64,000 bases of DNA from assembly GCA_963845515.1 (NCBI GenBank), contig CAWJSR010000026.1, positions 91,077-155,076 on the forward strand, in the 5' to 3' direction. The DNA is from an uncultured delta proteobacterium. Its GTDB lineage: Bacteria > Myxococcota > Myxococcia > Myxococcales > Anaeromyxobacteraceae. The notes beneath the pieces were generated by a model that was not told the origin of the DNA, ran no database searches, and saw nothing but the letters and a program-made list of their open reading frames with translations. Of this stretch, positions 40,287 through 49,673 are shown piece by piece. The stretch's first letter is position 1. Every line of letters starts with the position of its first letter. Position numbers and translations under genes: made by a program.

Positions 40287-40634
40287 GTGCTGATGGTTTC
40301 CAAGGTGACGCCGCGCCAGGTCGTTGCGCGGATGGTGAACGGAGCGAGCGTGTCGTTCGTCGACGCGCGGAGCGAACAGCGGTGGTCGGAGTCCGACTCG
40401 AAGATCCTCGGGGCCGTCCGCGCGCAGCTCCAGTCGATCGTCCGCGACGCGGCGCGCGTCTCGCGCTCCCGCCTGCTGGTGGTCTACGGGCACGACGGGG
40501 AGGACCTCGAGGTGCCGCGCCTCGCCGAGGAGCTGCGCGGTCTCGGCTTCTCCGAGGTGCGCATCCTCTCAGGCGGCTTCTCTGCCTGGTCGGACCTCAA
40601 CTTCGCCGTGCAGTCGTCGCGCGAAGCGAACTGA
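40287..40634 (+). CDS. rhodanese-like domain protein lacking the catalytic Cys
   Basis: FVDARS, KILGAV, LLVVYGHDG (Gly at the Cys position), LRGLGFSEVRILSGGFSAW; AGGAG RBS. Confidence 0.8.
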   Translation: MLMVSKVTPRQVVARMVNGASVSFVDARSEQRWSESDSKILGAVRAQLQSIVRDAARVSRSRLLVVYGHDGEDLEVPRLAEELRGLGFSEVRILSGGFSAWSDLNFAVQSSREAN

Positions 40635-40636
40635 CT

Positions 40637-40741
40637 CCGCGGGGCGTGCCGCCCCGCCCCGCCGGCAGAGCCGTCGGGGTCCCCACCCCTGACTACGCGG
40701 GGCCCTGCTCGCTCTCCCTGCGGTCGGCTCGCGTCCCGCGG
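40637..40741 (+). repeat. dispersed structured intergenic repeat family A, copy 3
   Basis: The first ~55 bp match copies 1 and 2; the 3' part resembles the reverse copy at 49505-49606. Confidence 0.8.
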
Positions 40742-40766
40742 CTCGGGCTTCGCCCTCGTGCGGAGT

Positions 40767-40796
40767 CGTCAACCCTCTTCTTGCGACGGGTTGACG
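40767..40796 (+). promoter_or_regulatory. BirA-like biotin operator overlapping a -35 box
   Basis: CGTCAACC-N14-GGTTGACG upstream of bioH-bioC; overlaps the promoter TTGACG-N16-TATCCT. Confidence 0.7.
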
Positions 40797-40832
40797 GCCC
40801 GGGTTCGCTTGGTATCCTCCGCCGCTTCGCGG

Positions 40833-41642
40833 ATGGGAAACGTCGTCACGCCATCGGGGCAGCGGCTCCACGTCGAGGAGGCCGGCCGGGGGCCCCCCGT
40901 CCTGCTGCTCCACGGCTGGGCCATGTCGAGCTCGATCCTGGCCCCGCTGGGCGCCCGGCTGGGTGCCGGCCGGAGGGTCATCCGCTACGATCTCCGCGGT
41001 CACGGCGCGTCTCCACGCGGTTCCGGCGCCGCGCTCGACGACCACGCGGCCGACCTCGCCGGGCTGATGGAGGCGCTGGCGCTCGACCGGGCGGTCGTCA
41101 TCGCCTGGTCGCTCGGCGCGCAAGTGCTCCTGCGCGCGTTTCCCTCCGTTCGACGGCGGCTGGCCGGCGCCGTCCTCGTCGCGGCCACGCCGCGCTTCAC
41201 CGCCACGGATGGCTGGACCCACGGGCTGCCCGCGCGCCAGGTGGACGTGCTGGCCCAGCGCTTCAGGCGCGACCCCGCCCGGACGCGGGCACGCTTCCTC
41301 GCCGACCTCTTCGCCCCTGCCGAGCGGGAGGCGCTCGGGCAGGAGCGGCTCGCCAGGCTGGACGCCTCGATGCCGCTGCCGGACGGCGACGCGGCCGCCG
41401 CCGGGCTCGACCAGCTCGCCACCGCCGACCTCAGGCCGGAGCTCGCGGCGGTCGATCTCCCCGTCCTCTTCCTGCACGGCGAGGCCGACCCGATCTGCCC
41501 GGTCGGCGCCGCGCGCGCGTCGGCCGAGGCGATCGGGGGCGCGCGCATCTGCATCTTCGCCGGCGCAGGCCATGCGCCCTTCGTCACGCGCCTGGACGAG
41601 ACGGTCGCCGCCATCCAGTCCTTCGCGGAGCGGCTGGCGTGA
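40833..41642 (+). CDS. bioH: alpha/beta hydrolase, BioH-like pimeloyl-ACP methyl ester esterase
   Basis: LLLHGW, DLRGHG, AWSLG nucleophile elbow, ATPRF, LHGEAD, GHAPF; translationally coupled to bioC. Confidence 0.72.
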   Translation: MGNVVTPSGQRLHVEEAGRGPPVLLLHGWAMSSSILAPLGARLGAGRRVIRYDLRGHGASPRGSGAALDDHAADLAGLMEALALDRAVVIAWSLGAQVLLRAFPSVRRRLAGAVLVAATPRFTATDGWTHGLPARQVDVLAQRFRRDPARTRARFLADLFAPAEREALGQERLARLDASMPLPDGDAAAAGLDQLATADLRPELAAVDLPVLFLHGEADPICPVGAARASAEAIGGARICIFAGAGHAPFVTRLDETVAAIQSFAERLA

Positions 41643-42439
41643 ACCGCGTCGACAAGCTCCGCGTGCGGACCGCGTTCTCGCGACGGGCGGAGCGCTACGA
41701 CGCGCGGGCGATCGCCCAGGCGGCGGCCCGCGAGCGCGTGGCGGCGCTGGTCGCGCTGCACGCGGCGGGCGCCCGCAGCATCCTGGACGTCGGGGCCGGC
41801 ACCGGGGCGCTCGGCGCCAGCCTGGCGGCGCGCGACCCGGGGCTCCGCCTGGCGCTCGCCGACCTCGCGCCCGGCATGTGCGCGACCGCCCGCGCGGCCC
41901 TCCCGGCGGCGGCGGTGGTCACGGCCGACGCGGAGGCGCTCCCCTTCCCGGACGGCCGCTTCGACGCCGTCGTCTCCTCCTCCGCGTTCCAGTGGCTCAC
42001 GCGGCTCGAGCCCGCGCTCGCCGAGGCGCGGCGCGTCCTCGCGCCGGGAGGGACGCTCGTGCTCGCCCTCTTCGCCGAGCGGACGCTCCGCGAGCTTCGC
42101 GAAGCGTGGCTCCAGGTCGCCGGTCCCGCCGGCGCCGCGCGGATGCACCGCTTCTTCCGGCGCGACGAGGTGGCCGCGGCGATCGGCGCGGCCGGGCTCG
42201 CCACCGTCGCCCTCGACGAGGACGAGATCGTCGAGCGCCACCCCGACGCCCGGGCCGTCCTCCGCGCGATCCGCGCGGTCGGCGCTGGGAACGCCGTCCC
42301 CCGCGAGGAGGGGGGTGGCCTGGGCGGACGCAGCGTGACACTCGCGCTGCTCGACCGGTACGATGGTGCGCACGGCGGACCTGGCGGCGTACCGGCCACG
42401 TACCACGTGGTCTACGCGGTGGCCCGCCGGCCATCATGA
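41639..42439 (+). CDS. bioC: malonyl-ACP O-methyltransferase BioC
   Basis: VDKLRVRTAFSRRAERYD..AQ, ILDVGAGTG, DAEALP, SSSAFQW, TLRELREAW, ATYHVVY. Confidence 0.85.
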   Translation: MNRVDKLRVRTAFSRRAERYDARAIAQAAARERVAALVALHAAGARSILDVGAGTGALGASLAARDPGLRLALADLAPGMCATARAALPAAAVVTADAEALPFPDGRFDAVVSSSAFQWLTRLEPALAEARRVLAPGGTLVLALFAERTLRELREAWLQVAGPAGAARMHRFFRRDEVAAAIGAAGLATVALDEDEIVERHPDARAVLRAIRAVGAGNAVPREEGGGLGGRSVTLALLDRYDGAHGGPGGVPATYHVVYAVARRPS

Positions 42440-43026
42440 CGGTCGCCCCCGCAGCAGCGCTGACCCTCGCCCTCCTCGCCGCGCCGCCGGCCACGAACGC
42501 TGCAGCCGAAGCGCGCCCGTGGATCGTGCTCCAGCTCGGCTCCGGGACCGGCGGCTGGATCACCGACTGGAGCGGAACCTCCTTCGACGACCTGCTCGCC
42601 CGGGACCCGCTGAGGCTTGCCGTGGCCCTCGAGGGGAGCCGCCAGGTCTCCGACCACCTCCTCGCCGGACTGCGGCTCTCGTCGCTCCACCTCGGCGCCG
42701 GCGAGGCGGGAACGCTCACCACGCTGCAGGTCACGCGGCTGGAGGCCGCGGGCGGCTGGCGCCCGCTCAGCGCAGGCCCGTACGCCCGGCTCGGCATCGG
42801 TCCAGCCGTCCTGCGGTACTACGCGCGCGTTCCGGCGCTCGCGTCCGGGCGGCTGACGTCGGGTGGCGCCGGCCTGTCGCTCGCCGCCGGGGCCTTCTGG
42901 CCGGTCGGCGACCGGATCGAGCTGAGGATCGAGGCCGAGGGGGGGTGGCAGGCGTGGCTCCGCTCGAGCAGGGGGCCAGACCACACGTGGACCCTCGGCG
43001 GCTCTGCCGGCCTGGCCTGGCGATAG
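42436..43026 (+). CDS. hypothetical exported protein, probable small outer-membrane beta-barrel
   Basis: Signal peptide, alternating beta-strand pattern, C-terminal GLAWR; ATGA overlap with bioC. Confidence 0.6.
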   Translation: MTVAPAAALTLALLAAPPATNAAAEARPWIVLQLGSGTGGWITDWSGTSFDDLLARDPLRLAVALEGSRQVSDHLLAGLRLSSLHLGAGEAGTLTTLQVTRLEAAGGWRPLSAGPYARLGIGPAVLRYYARVPALASGRLTSGGAGLSLAAGAFWPVGDRIELRIEAEGGWQAWLRSSRGPDHTWTLGGSAGLAWR

Positions 43027-43092
43027 CGTCCCACACCCCCGCTGCCCCTTCCCTTGTGACCCCCCCCGTTGGCGGGCTAACATCGCGCCAAC

Positions 43093-44799
43093 TTGGCCGA
43101 TAACGACGCGCAGCAGTTCAATCCGCACCTCTTCGGGAAGTTCTTCCTGCTCCAGCGCCTCGCCATCGGCGGGATGGCGGAGATCTTCCGCGCGCGCGTC
43201 GTAGGCGCCGGCGGCTTCGAGAAGGAGCTCGTGGTGAAGCGGATCCTGCCCACCCGGGCAAAGGACGCCGGCTTCATCCGGATGCTGGTCAACGAGGCCA
43301 AGCTCACGGTCCAGCTGACCCACAACAACATCGCGCAGGTCTACGAGTGCGGGATCATCGACGGCACCTACTTCATCTCGATGGAGCTGGTGAACGGCGT
43401 CTCGATGAAGGACGTGATGACCGGCATGCAGCGCGCCGGGCAATCGCCCAGCCCCGAGGAGTCGATCTTCCTGATCCTGCAGCTGCTGCAGGGGCTCGAC
43501 TACGCGCACAAGAAGACGGACTCGTCGGGGCAGCCGCTCCACATCGTCCACTGCGACGTCTCCCCGGACAACGCGCTCCTCTCCTTCGAGGGGGAGGTGA
43601 AGCTCCTCGACTTCGGCATCGCCAGGGCCGCCACCGGCCTCTCCAACTACAAGGAGGGGATGCTCATGGGGAAGCTCGGGTACGTCGCGCCCGAGCAGGC
43701 GTCGCTGGAGCAGTCCTGGGATCACCGGGTCGACATCTTCGCCTCCGGCATCCTGCTCTACGAGCTGCTCACGAAGCAGAAGCCCTTCCCCCGCTCCACC
43801 GACGTCGAGTCGCTCGTCGCCTCGCGCAAGGCGAAGGTCGTCCCGGCGACGACCGTGGACCCGCGCCTCCCGCGGGACATCGACGCGATCCTCTCCAAGG
43901 CGCTCGCGTACGACCCCGAGAAGCGCTACGCGGACGCCAAGAGCTTCGCCGACGCGCTGGTCGACGTGCTCTTCCCGACGCCGCACTCGCAGATCCAGGA
44001 CCTGCTCGGGCGCCAGATGCAGTCGGTCTTCGCCGACAAGATCCAGAAGCAGCGGGCGGCCCGGGGTCACGACCCGCTCGTGATGAAGGTCCTCTCGAAC
44101 ATCGCCGCGCAGCAGGCGGCGACGCAGTACGAGCAGATCTCAGGCGGCCCAGCGCTGACGCCGCGCCCCGCGCCGTCGCAGATGGGGCCGATCTTCGACA
44201 CGACCGAGCCGCGCATGGGACCGCGCAAGGCCCACGCGCCGCGCCAGCGGGCGGTCATCCGGCAGGGACCGAGCCTCCTCGCGACGGCGCTGGTCGGGCT
44301 CCTCTTCGCGGTCGGCGGCGCGGTGGGGCTCCACTACGGCGAGATCCGGCTGCGCCCCGGCGTGCTCCTCGTCACCTCCGACCCGCCGGGCGTGCCGGTG
44401 ACGCTGGACGGGGCCTCCACCGGACTCGTCACCCCCACCGCCCTGGAGGGCGTCCAGCTCTACCGCCCGCACCTCCTGCAGGTCGGCGAGAAGGGGATGC
44501 GGACCGCGACCGAGACGCTCCAGCCGCGCTGGGGTGAGATGGTCCGCCGCGTCCACTTCAAGGTCCAGTCGACCAGGGGGACGCTCGTCATCGAGAGCGA
44601 CCCGCCGGGCGCCGCGCTGGAGCTGGACGACAAGCCGGTCGGCGTGACGCCCGTCAGGGTTTCGGGCGTGAGCCTCGACCAGCCGCATCGCTTCGACCTC
44701 GTGCTCCCGGGCTACGAGCTCGACCAGTTCGTCGTCACGCCCGAGAAGGACGGCACGCGCTTCACCAGGAAGCTGCTGCCCAAGGGCTCGAAGCGCTGA
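43093..44799 (+). CDS. membrane Ser/Thr protein kinase with PEGA domains
   Basis: GGMAEIF, VVKRIL, HCDVSPDN, DFGIA, GKLGYVAPEQ, one TM, two SDPPG PEGA repeats. Confidence 0.9.
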   Translation: MADNDAQQFNPHLFGKFFLLQRLAIGGMAEIFRARVVGAGGFEKELVVKRILPTRAKDAGFIRMLVNEAKLTVQLTHNNIAQVYECGIIDGTYFISMELVNGVSMKDVMTGMQRAGQSPSPEESIFLILQLLQGLDYAHKKTDSSGQPLHIVHCDVSPDNALLSFEGEVKLLDFGIARAATGLSNYKEGMLMGKLGYVAPEQASLEQSWDHRVDIFASGILLYELLTKQKPFPRSTDVESLVASRKAKVVPATTVDPRLPRDIDAILSKALAYDPEKRYADAKSFADALVDVLFPTPHSQIQDLLGRQMQSVFADKIQKQRAARGHDPLVMKVLSNIAAQQAATQYEQISGGPALTPRPAPSQMGPIFDTTEPRMGPRKAHAPRQRAVIRQGPSLLATALVGLLFAVGGAVGLHYGEIRLRPGVLLVTSDPPGVPVTLDGASTGLVTPTALEGVQLYRPHLLQVGEKGMRTATETLQPRWGEMVRRVHFKVQSTRGTLVIESDPPGAALELDDKPVGVTPVRVSGVSLDQPHRFDLVLPGYELDQFVVTPEKDGTRFTRKLLPKGSKR

Positions 44800-44815
44800 C
44801 GGGGGAACGGCCGCG

Positions 44816-45376
44816 ATGAAGCTCGTCATCGAGGACTCGGCTGGTACCCGCTCGACGGTGAACTTCACCGGCGACGAGATCACCGTCGGGCGCGCCGCCG
44901 AGGGGAACACGGTCCGGCTCGCCGAGCGGAACGTGTCCCGCCGCCACGCGCGCTTCCTGCGCCAGGGGAACAACGTCTCGGTCGAGGACGTCGGGAGCCT
45001 CGTCGGGACCCGCGTCAACGGCGAGCGGATCCAGGGGCGCCGGAAGCTCCGCGCCGGCGACGTGGTCGAGATCGGGGACTTCGACGTCGCCGTCATCGGC
45101 GACGCCGTCGTGGGCGAGGAGGGGGCGCCGCCGCCGCTGCCGGCGCCCGCGCTCACGCCGAACCGGACGACCGATCCTGCGGCGAAGCCGGTGGCGGCCG
45201 AGGCGTCGTCCCGCCCGGCTCAGCGCGCGCGCGCCGTGCGGGTCGACCGCGCGCGCACGCTGCGCCTCGCGGCGATCGCCGGCGCGATCGCCCTGGTGCT
45301 CGGGGTCGCCCTGGGCTTCACCGTGGCGCGGATGGCGGCGCAGTCCGGAACGGCGCCGGCCTCCACCTCGCGCTGA
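44816..45376 (+). CDS. FHA domain membrane protein
   Basis: ITVGR..NVSRRHA..VEDVGSLVGTRVNG, C-terminal TM; directly after the kinase. Confidence 0.88.
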   Translation: MKLVIEDSAGTRSTVNFTGDEITVGRAAEGNTVRLAERNVSRRHARFLRQGNNVSVEDVGSLVGTRVNGERIQGRRKLRAGDVVEIGDFDVAVIGDAVVGEEGAPPPLPAPALTPNRTTDPAAKPVAAEASSRPAQRARAVRVDRARTLRLAAIAGAIALVLGVALGFTVARMAAQSGTAPASTSR

Positions 45377-45395
45377 CCCTCTGCGAGGGCGCAGA

Positions 45396-46181
45396 TCACC
45401 GCCCCTTGAACCTCGGCGGTCGGCGCTCCTGGAAGGCCAGCCGCCCCTCCCGGATGTCCTCACTCTCGAAGGCGCAGCGCCGCAGGTCCCCGATCTCCGT
45501 CCGTTCGTCGGCGCCGAGCCCGCGCTCGTGGGTCGACTCCAGCAGCCGCAGGATCCGCTTCATCCCGTGGACCGCGAGCGGCGCGTTGACCGCGATCTCC
45601 TCGGCCAGCGCCAGGGCAGCCGCCTCCGCCCCCTCCGCGTGGACCACCCTGTTCACGAGCCCCCAAGCGAGCGCGACGTCGGCGCGGATGGGGCGCCCGA
45701 CGAAGAAGAGCTCCCGCGTGCGCGCCGATCCGACGAGCGCCAGGAACCTGCGGAGGCCGCCCTCCGGGTAGACCACGCCGAGCTTCGCCGGCGGCAGGCC
45801 GAGGAGCACGTCCTCGCGGGCTACCCGGAGGTCGCAGGTCGCCGCCAGCTCGAACCCTCCACCGAAGGCGCTGCCGTTCAGGTAGGCCACGGTGGGGCAC
45901 GGCACCGCCTCCAGCGCCTCGGCCGCTCGCTCCACCGCCTCGTCGGCCCGATCGCCGCGCGACGACAGCATGTCGAGCTCCGCCAGGTCGAAGCCGGACG
46001 AGAAGGCCTCGTCCCCGGCCCCTCGCAGCAGCAGGCAGCGGACCCGGTCACGCGCCGCGCCGGCGCACGCCTCGGCGAGCTCCTCCAGCGCGCGGAAGTC
46101 GAGGGCATTCCGCTTCCCCTCGTTGTCGATGATCAGGACGCGGACGAGGCCGCGGTCCTCTACACGGATGCGTGGTGGCAT
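45396..46181 (-). CDS. enoyl-CoA hydratase/isomerase family protein
   Basis: KRNAL, AFSSGFDL, GGGFELAATCDLR, NAPLAV, FQERRPPRFKGR. Confidence 0.9.
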   Translation of the reverse strand: MPPRIRVEDRGLVRVLIIDNEGKRNALDFRALEELAEACAGAARDRVRCLLLRGAGDEAFSSGFDLAELDMLSSRGDRADEAVERAAEALEAVPCPTVAYLNGSAFGGGFELAATCDLRVAREDVLLGLPPAKLGVVYPEGGLRRFLALVGSARTRELFFVGRPIRADVALAWGLVNRVVHAEGAEAAALALAEEIAVNAPLAVHGMKRILRLLESTHERGLGADERTEIGDLRRCAFESEDIREGRLAFQERRPPRFKGR

Positions 46182-46270
46182 GAGACTCCGGGGGGCCCAA
46201 ATGAGAGGGTCCGCCCCAGGGCGGACCCTCTATCGCGCTCTCGCGCTGGGGCCAGCGCTGCCTGCCCCGT

Positions 46271-47125
46271 TCACCGGCGTGTGACCGGCTCATCGCCGTC
46301 ATCTTTGCGCACGCCGACTTCGTCCGTCAATGGATCCACCACGTGCTCCCCCTCGGGGCTCCCACGGTCGGCGCCCCTCGCGCGAATCACCCCGCGCTTC
46401 ACCAGGATCGTCCGGACCTGAGCGACGAGCTCGTGGTACTTCACCGGCTTCCGCAGCATCGCCGCGACGCCGAACCTCGTGAGCTGCTCCCGCTCCCGGT
46501 CGGAGCCGGACGTTATGACCAGGATCGGCAGGTCCGCGATCGACGGCTCGCTCCGCACCTTCTCGATCAGCTCCATTCCCGTGAGGACCGGCATGAAGAG
46601 ATCGGTGACGAGGACGTCGATCTTCGGCTCGCGAAGGAGCCGGTCGAACGCCTGGGCGCCGTCGGAGACGATCTCGATCCCGAGCCCCGAGAGGTGGTCG
46701 GTCTCGGCCAGCCGGCGGAGCGCCGCCGCGTACATCGACGCGACGAGGTGGTTGTCCTCGACGAGGAGGATGCGCGCGCTCGGCTCCGGCTGCCTCCCGG
46801 TGGCGGCGATCCGGCGCGCCAGGTCGGAGAGCTTCTCGCGGTCCACGAGGTTCGCGTCGGGCACGCGCACGGCCACGCCGGCGGGCCCCTCGAGCCCATC
46901 CTCGCGAATCCGGACGACCTCGACCTCGATCTCCAGCGGCTCGACGACCTGCGGGAAGAAGAGGACCAGCTTCACCTTCTCGCCGCTCTTGAACTGGCGC
47001 TCCGTCCGGAGGAACAGGCCGGTCGCAGAGAGGTTCTCGGTGTAGTCGAGCGCGCTCTCCGCGCCGAGGTACTGCACCGCCAGGACGAGCGGAAACCTGG
47101 GATGTGCGCGGCGCTCGCGTGCCAT
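46271..47125 (-). CDS. PilZ-like domain + response-regulator receiver protein
   Basis: ERRAHPRF..ENLSATGLF (PilZ-like), followed by ILLVED..TDLFMP..KPV. Confidence 0.85.
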   Translation of the reverse strand: MARERRAHPRFPLVLAVQYLGAESALDYTENLSATGLFLRTERQFKSGEKVKLVLFFPQVVEPLEIEVEVVRIREDGLEGPAGVAVRVPDANLVDREKLSDLARRIAATGRQPEPSARILLVEDNHLVASMYAAALRRLAETDHLSGLGIEIVSDGAQAFDRLLREPKIDVLVTDLFMPVLTGMELIEKVRSEPSIADLPILVITSGSDREREQLTRFGVAAMLRKPVKYHELVAQVRTILVKRGVIRARGADRGSPEGEHVVDPLTDEVGVRKDDGDEPVTRR

Positions 47126-47275
47126 CAACTATCTCCGTTTCGAGAACGGGCCCGATTATGCGCCAGGGGGCGGCCGAACGGGTGCGCCATGATACGGGGA
47201 CGCGCTGCGGGGGCTGTGGGCGCGTGTACCCATGGTGCACGACACCACAACTACACTCGGGTACACTCGCTGTCC

Positions 47276-47905
47276 ATGTTCCGTCGGTCCCGCCGCCGCC
47301 GCGAGCGCCTGCTGCTCCCGGGTGAGGCACTCGGTCGTCGCCGCTTCATCCAGGCGGGCCTCGTCGGCGCGTTCTTCCTTGCGGGGGCGGGCTGGCTGGC
47401 GCTTCGCCGCAGGGACGATGACCTGCAGGTAGTGGGTGGCCCCTTCGCGGTCCTGGCTCCCGCGGAGGCCGCCATCCTGCTGGCGGTCGCGCGCCGGACC
47501 ATTCCACGGCACCCCCGCTTCCCGACCCCTGAACGGGTTGGTGTAGCCGAGCGGGTGGACTCCTTCCTCGCGATGAGCCACGCGGGCGTCCAGAGAGACG
47601 TGAAGCGGGTCCTGGCGCTCTTCGACTCCGCGCTGTTCGGGCTCCTGCTCGACGGCTCGCCAGTCCGCTTCCGCTCAGCCAGCCCCGCGCGGCAGGACGC
47701 ACGGCTCGCGGACTGGTCGACGAGCCGGTACGCGCTCCGACGCACCGGCTTCCGCGCGCTGCGCCGGCTGGTCGCCTCCGCCTACTACTCCTCCCCCTCG
47801 ACCTGGAGCGCGGTCGGCTACCCCGGCCCACCGTCCCTGGGCGCAGCCGCGCCTGCACCCGCGGTCGAGCCGTGGCCCGAGACAGCGCGAGGCAAGAGTG
47901 GCTGA
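47276..47905 (+). CDS. gluconate-2-dehydrogenase subunit 3-like partner protein with possible Tat signal
   Basis: GRRRFIQ motif plus hydrophobic stretch; AYYSSPSTWSAVGYPGP; overlaps the GMC gene start. Confidence 0.7.
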   Translation: MFRRSRRRRERLLLPGEALGRRRFIQAGLVGAFFLAGAGWLALRRRDDDLQVVGGPFAVLAPAEAAILLAVARRTIPRHPRFPTPERVGVAERVDSFLAMSHAGVQRDVKRVLALFDSALFGLLLDGSPVRFRSASPARQDARLADWSTSRYALRRTGFRALRRLVASAYYSSPSTWSAVGYPGPPSLGAAAPAPAVEPWPETARGKSG

Positions 47906-49448
47906 GCGCGGCCGGATCGTCCCGGGCCACGAGGTCCGCGCCGACGTCGAGGAGCGGCCGGACGTGTGCGTCGTCGGCTCGGGCCCGGGCGGCGCGGTCG
48001 CCGCGGCGCGGCTCGCCGCGAACGGGGCGAGCGTGGTCGTCCTGGAGGAGGGGGGCTCGTTCACTCGCCGTGACTTCGACATGCGCGAGGAGACGGCGTA
48101 CCCGCGCCTCTACCAGGAGCGCGGCGCACGGGCCACCGCCGATCTCGCGATCACGGTGCTCCAGGGGCGCGCTCTCGGGGGCGGGACGGTGGTCAACTGG
48201 ACGACCAGCCTCCGCGTCTCCGACGCGGTGCTGGCCCACTGGGCGCGCCGGCATGGCGTGGAGAAGCTCGACGGCGCGGCGCTCCTCCCGCACTTCGAGG
48301 CGGTGGAGCGGCGCCTCTCGATCGCGCCGGACGTCCTGGGGGAGATCAACGCCAACAACAGGGTGCTCTGGGACGGGTGCGGGAAGCTGGGCTGGTCGCG
48401 ATCGCTCGTCCCGCGCAACGTCAGCGGCTGCCTGCGGCTCGGCTACTGCGGGATGGGCTGCCCGGTCGACGCCAAGAGCTCGATGGACAGGACCTACCTC
48501 GCCGACGCGGTCGCGGCGGGCGCGCGGATCTACGCGAACGTCAGGGTCGAGAGGATCGAAGCCGATGGGCGGCGCGCGGCGGCGGTCCTGGGCGAGGTCC
48601 GTGATCCGGCGACGGACCTCCCCACGGGACGTCGCGTCGTCGTGAGGCCACGGGCCGTGGTCGTGGCAGGCGGCGCGATCAACTCGCCAGCGCTCCTCCT
48701 CCGCAGCGGCCTCGACCCCAGCGGCCGCGCCGGCAAGCGGACCTTCCTCCACCCCGTGGTGGCGAGCGTCGCCCTGTTCCCGACGCCCATCGAGGGCTGG
48801 CAGGGGGCGCCGCAGTCGGTCGCCTCGGCGCAGTTCGAGGAGCGCGGTCACGGTCGGATGGGCTTCTTCATGGAGACGGTCCCGATCCACCCGATGCTCG
48901 CCGGGACCTCGCTCGGGGGCTTCGGCGCGCCCCACGGCGACGTCATGGCGCGGCTCGCGAACGCGCAGGCGCTCATCGCGCTCTGCCTCGACGGGTTCCA
49001 CGACGGGGACGAGGGCGGGACCGTCTCGCTGCGCGACGACGGGCGGATCCGGCTCGACTACCCGATCACCCCCGCGCTCTGGGAGGCGCTCCGCGAGGGG
49101 AACAAGGCGCTGGCGCGGATCCAGCTCGCGGCGGGGGCCGAGCGGGTCCTCTCGCTCCACGATCCACCGGTCGAGCTGCGCGGCACGGCGGACCTCGCTG
49201 CGCTCGACGCCGCGCCGTGGGAGCCCATGCGCGTCTCGCTCTACAGCGCCCACCCGATGGGCGGCTGCGCGATGGGGAAGGACCCGGCCAGCTCCGTGGT
49301 CGACTCGACGCTGCGCCTCCGGGCGCTGGACAACGTCTGGGTGGTCGACGGCTCGGTCTTCCCGACGTCGCTGGGCGTGAACCCGCAGCTCACCATCGCC
49401 GCGCTCGCACGCTGGGCGGCCGATGGGATCGCTGCGAAGGCCGGCTGA
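47898..49448 (+). CDS. GMC family oxidoreductase
   Basis: VVGSGPGG, LEEG, GGGTVVN, CLRLGYCGMGCP, SAHPMG, DGSVFPTSLGVNPQLTI. Confidence 0.9.
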   Translation: MAERGRIVPGHEVRADVEERPDVCVVGSGPGGAVAAARLAANGASVVVLEEGGSFTRRDFDMREETAYPRLYQERGARATADLAITVLQGRALGGGTVVNWTTSLRVSDAVLAHWARRHGVEKLDGAALLPHFEAVERRLSIAPDVLGEINANNRVLWDGCGKLGWSRSLVPRNVSGCLRLGYCGMGCPVDAKSSMDRTYLADAVAAGARIYANVRVERIEADGRRAAAVLGEVRDPATDLPTGRRVVVRPRAVVVAGGAINSPALLLRSGLDPSGRAGKRTFLHPVVASVALFPTPIEGWQGAPQSVASAQFEERGHGRMGFFMETVPIHPMLAGTSLGGFGAPHGDVMARLANAQALIALCLDGFHDGDEGGTVSLRDDGRIRLDYPITPALWEALREGNKALARIQLAAGAERVLSLHDPPVELRGTADLAALDAAPWEPMRVSLYSAHPMGGCAMGKDPASSVVDSTLRLRALDNVWVVDGSVFPTSLGVNPQLTIAALARWAADGIAAKAG

Positions 49449-49504
49449 CGGCGACGGCCGCAGGGAGGGGCCCCAGCGCAGCTGGGGAGGGACGTCGTCC
49501 CTCC

Positions 49505-49606
49505 CCGCGGGACGCTCGCCGAGCGCAGCGAGTGCGAGCAGGGGCCCGCGCAGCCCAGGGGGAGGCTCCGCGGGCTCCGCCCGCGGAGGGGGACGGCACG
49601 TCCCCC
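49505..49606 (-). repeat. divergent copy of structured repeat family A
   Basis: The reverse strand GGGGACGTGCCGTCCCC CTCCGCGGGCGGAGCCCGCGGAG ... CTGCTCGC ... CGTCCCGCGG keeps the same hairpins with compensatory changes. Confidence 0.65.
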
Positions 49607-49673
49607 TCAGTTGACGCGACCGCGCGCCCTTCGGGTATCCTCCCTGCTTCGCTCCACTCCACGAGGACGCCAG

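Noticed and set aside
43093..45376. Kinase-PEGA + FHA pair as a novel system
   Set aside because: A common myxobacterial arrangement; the HCD catalytic-loop variant alone is not enough to flag.
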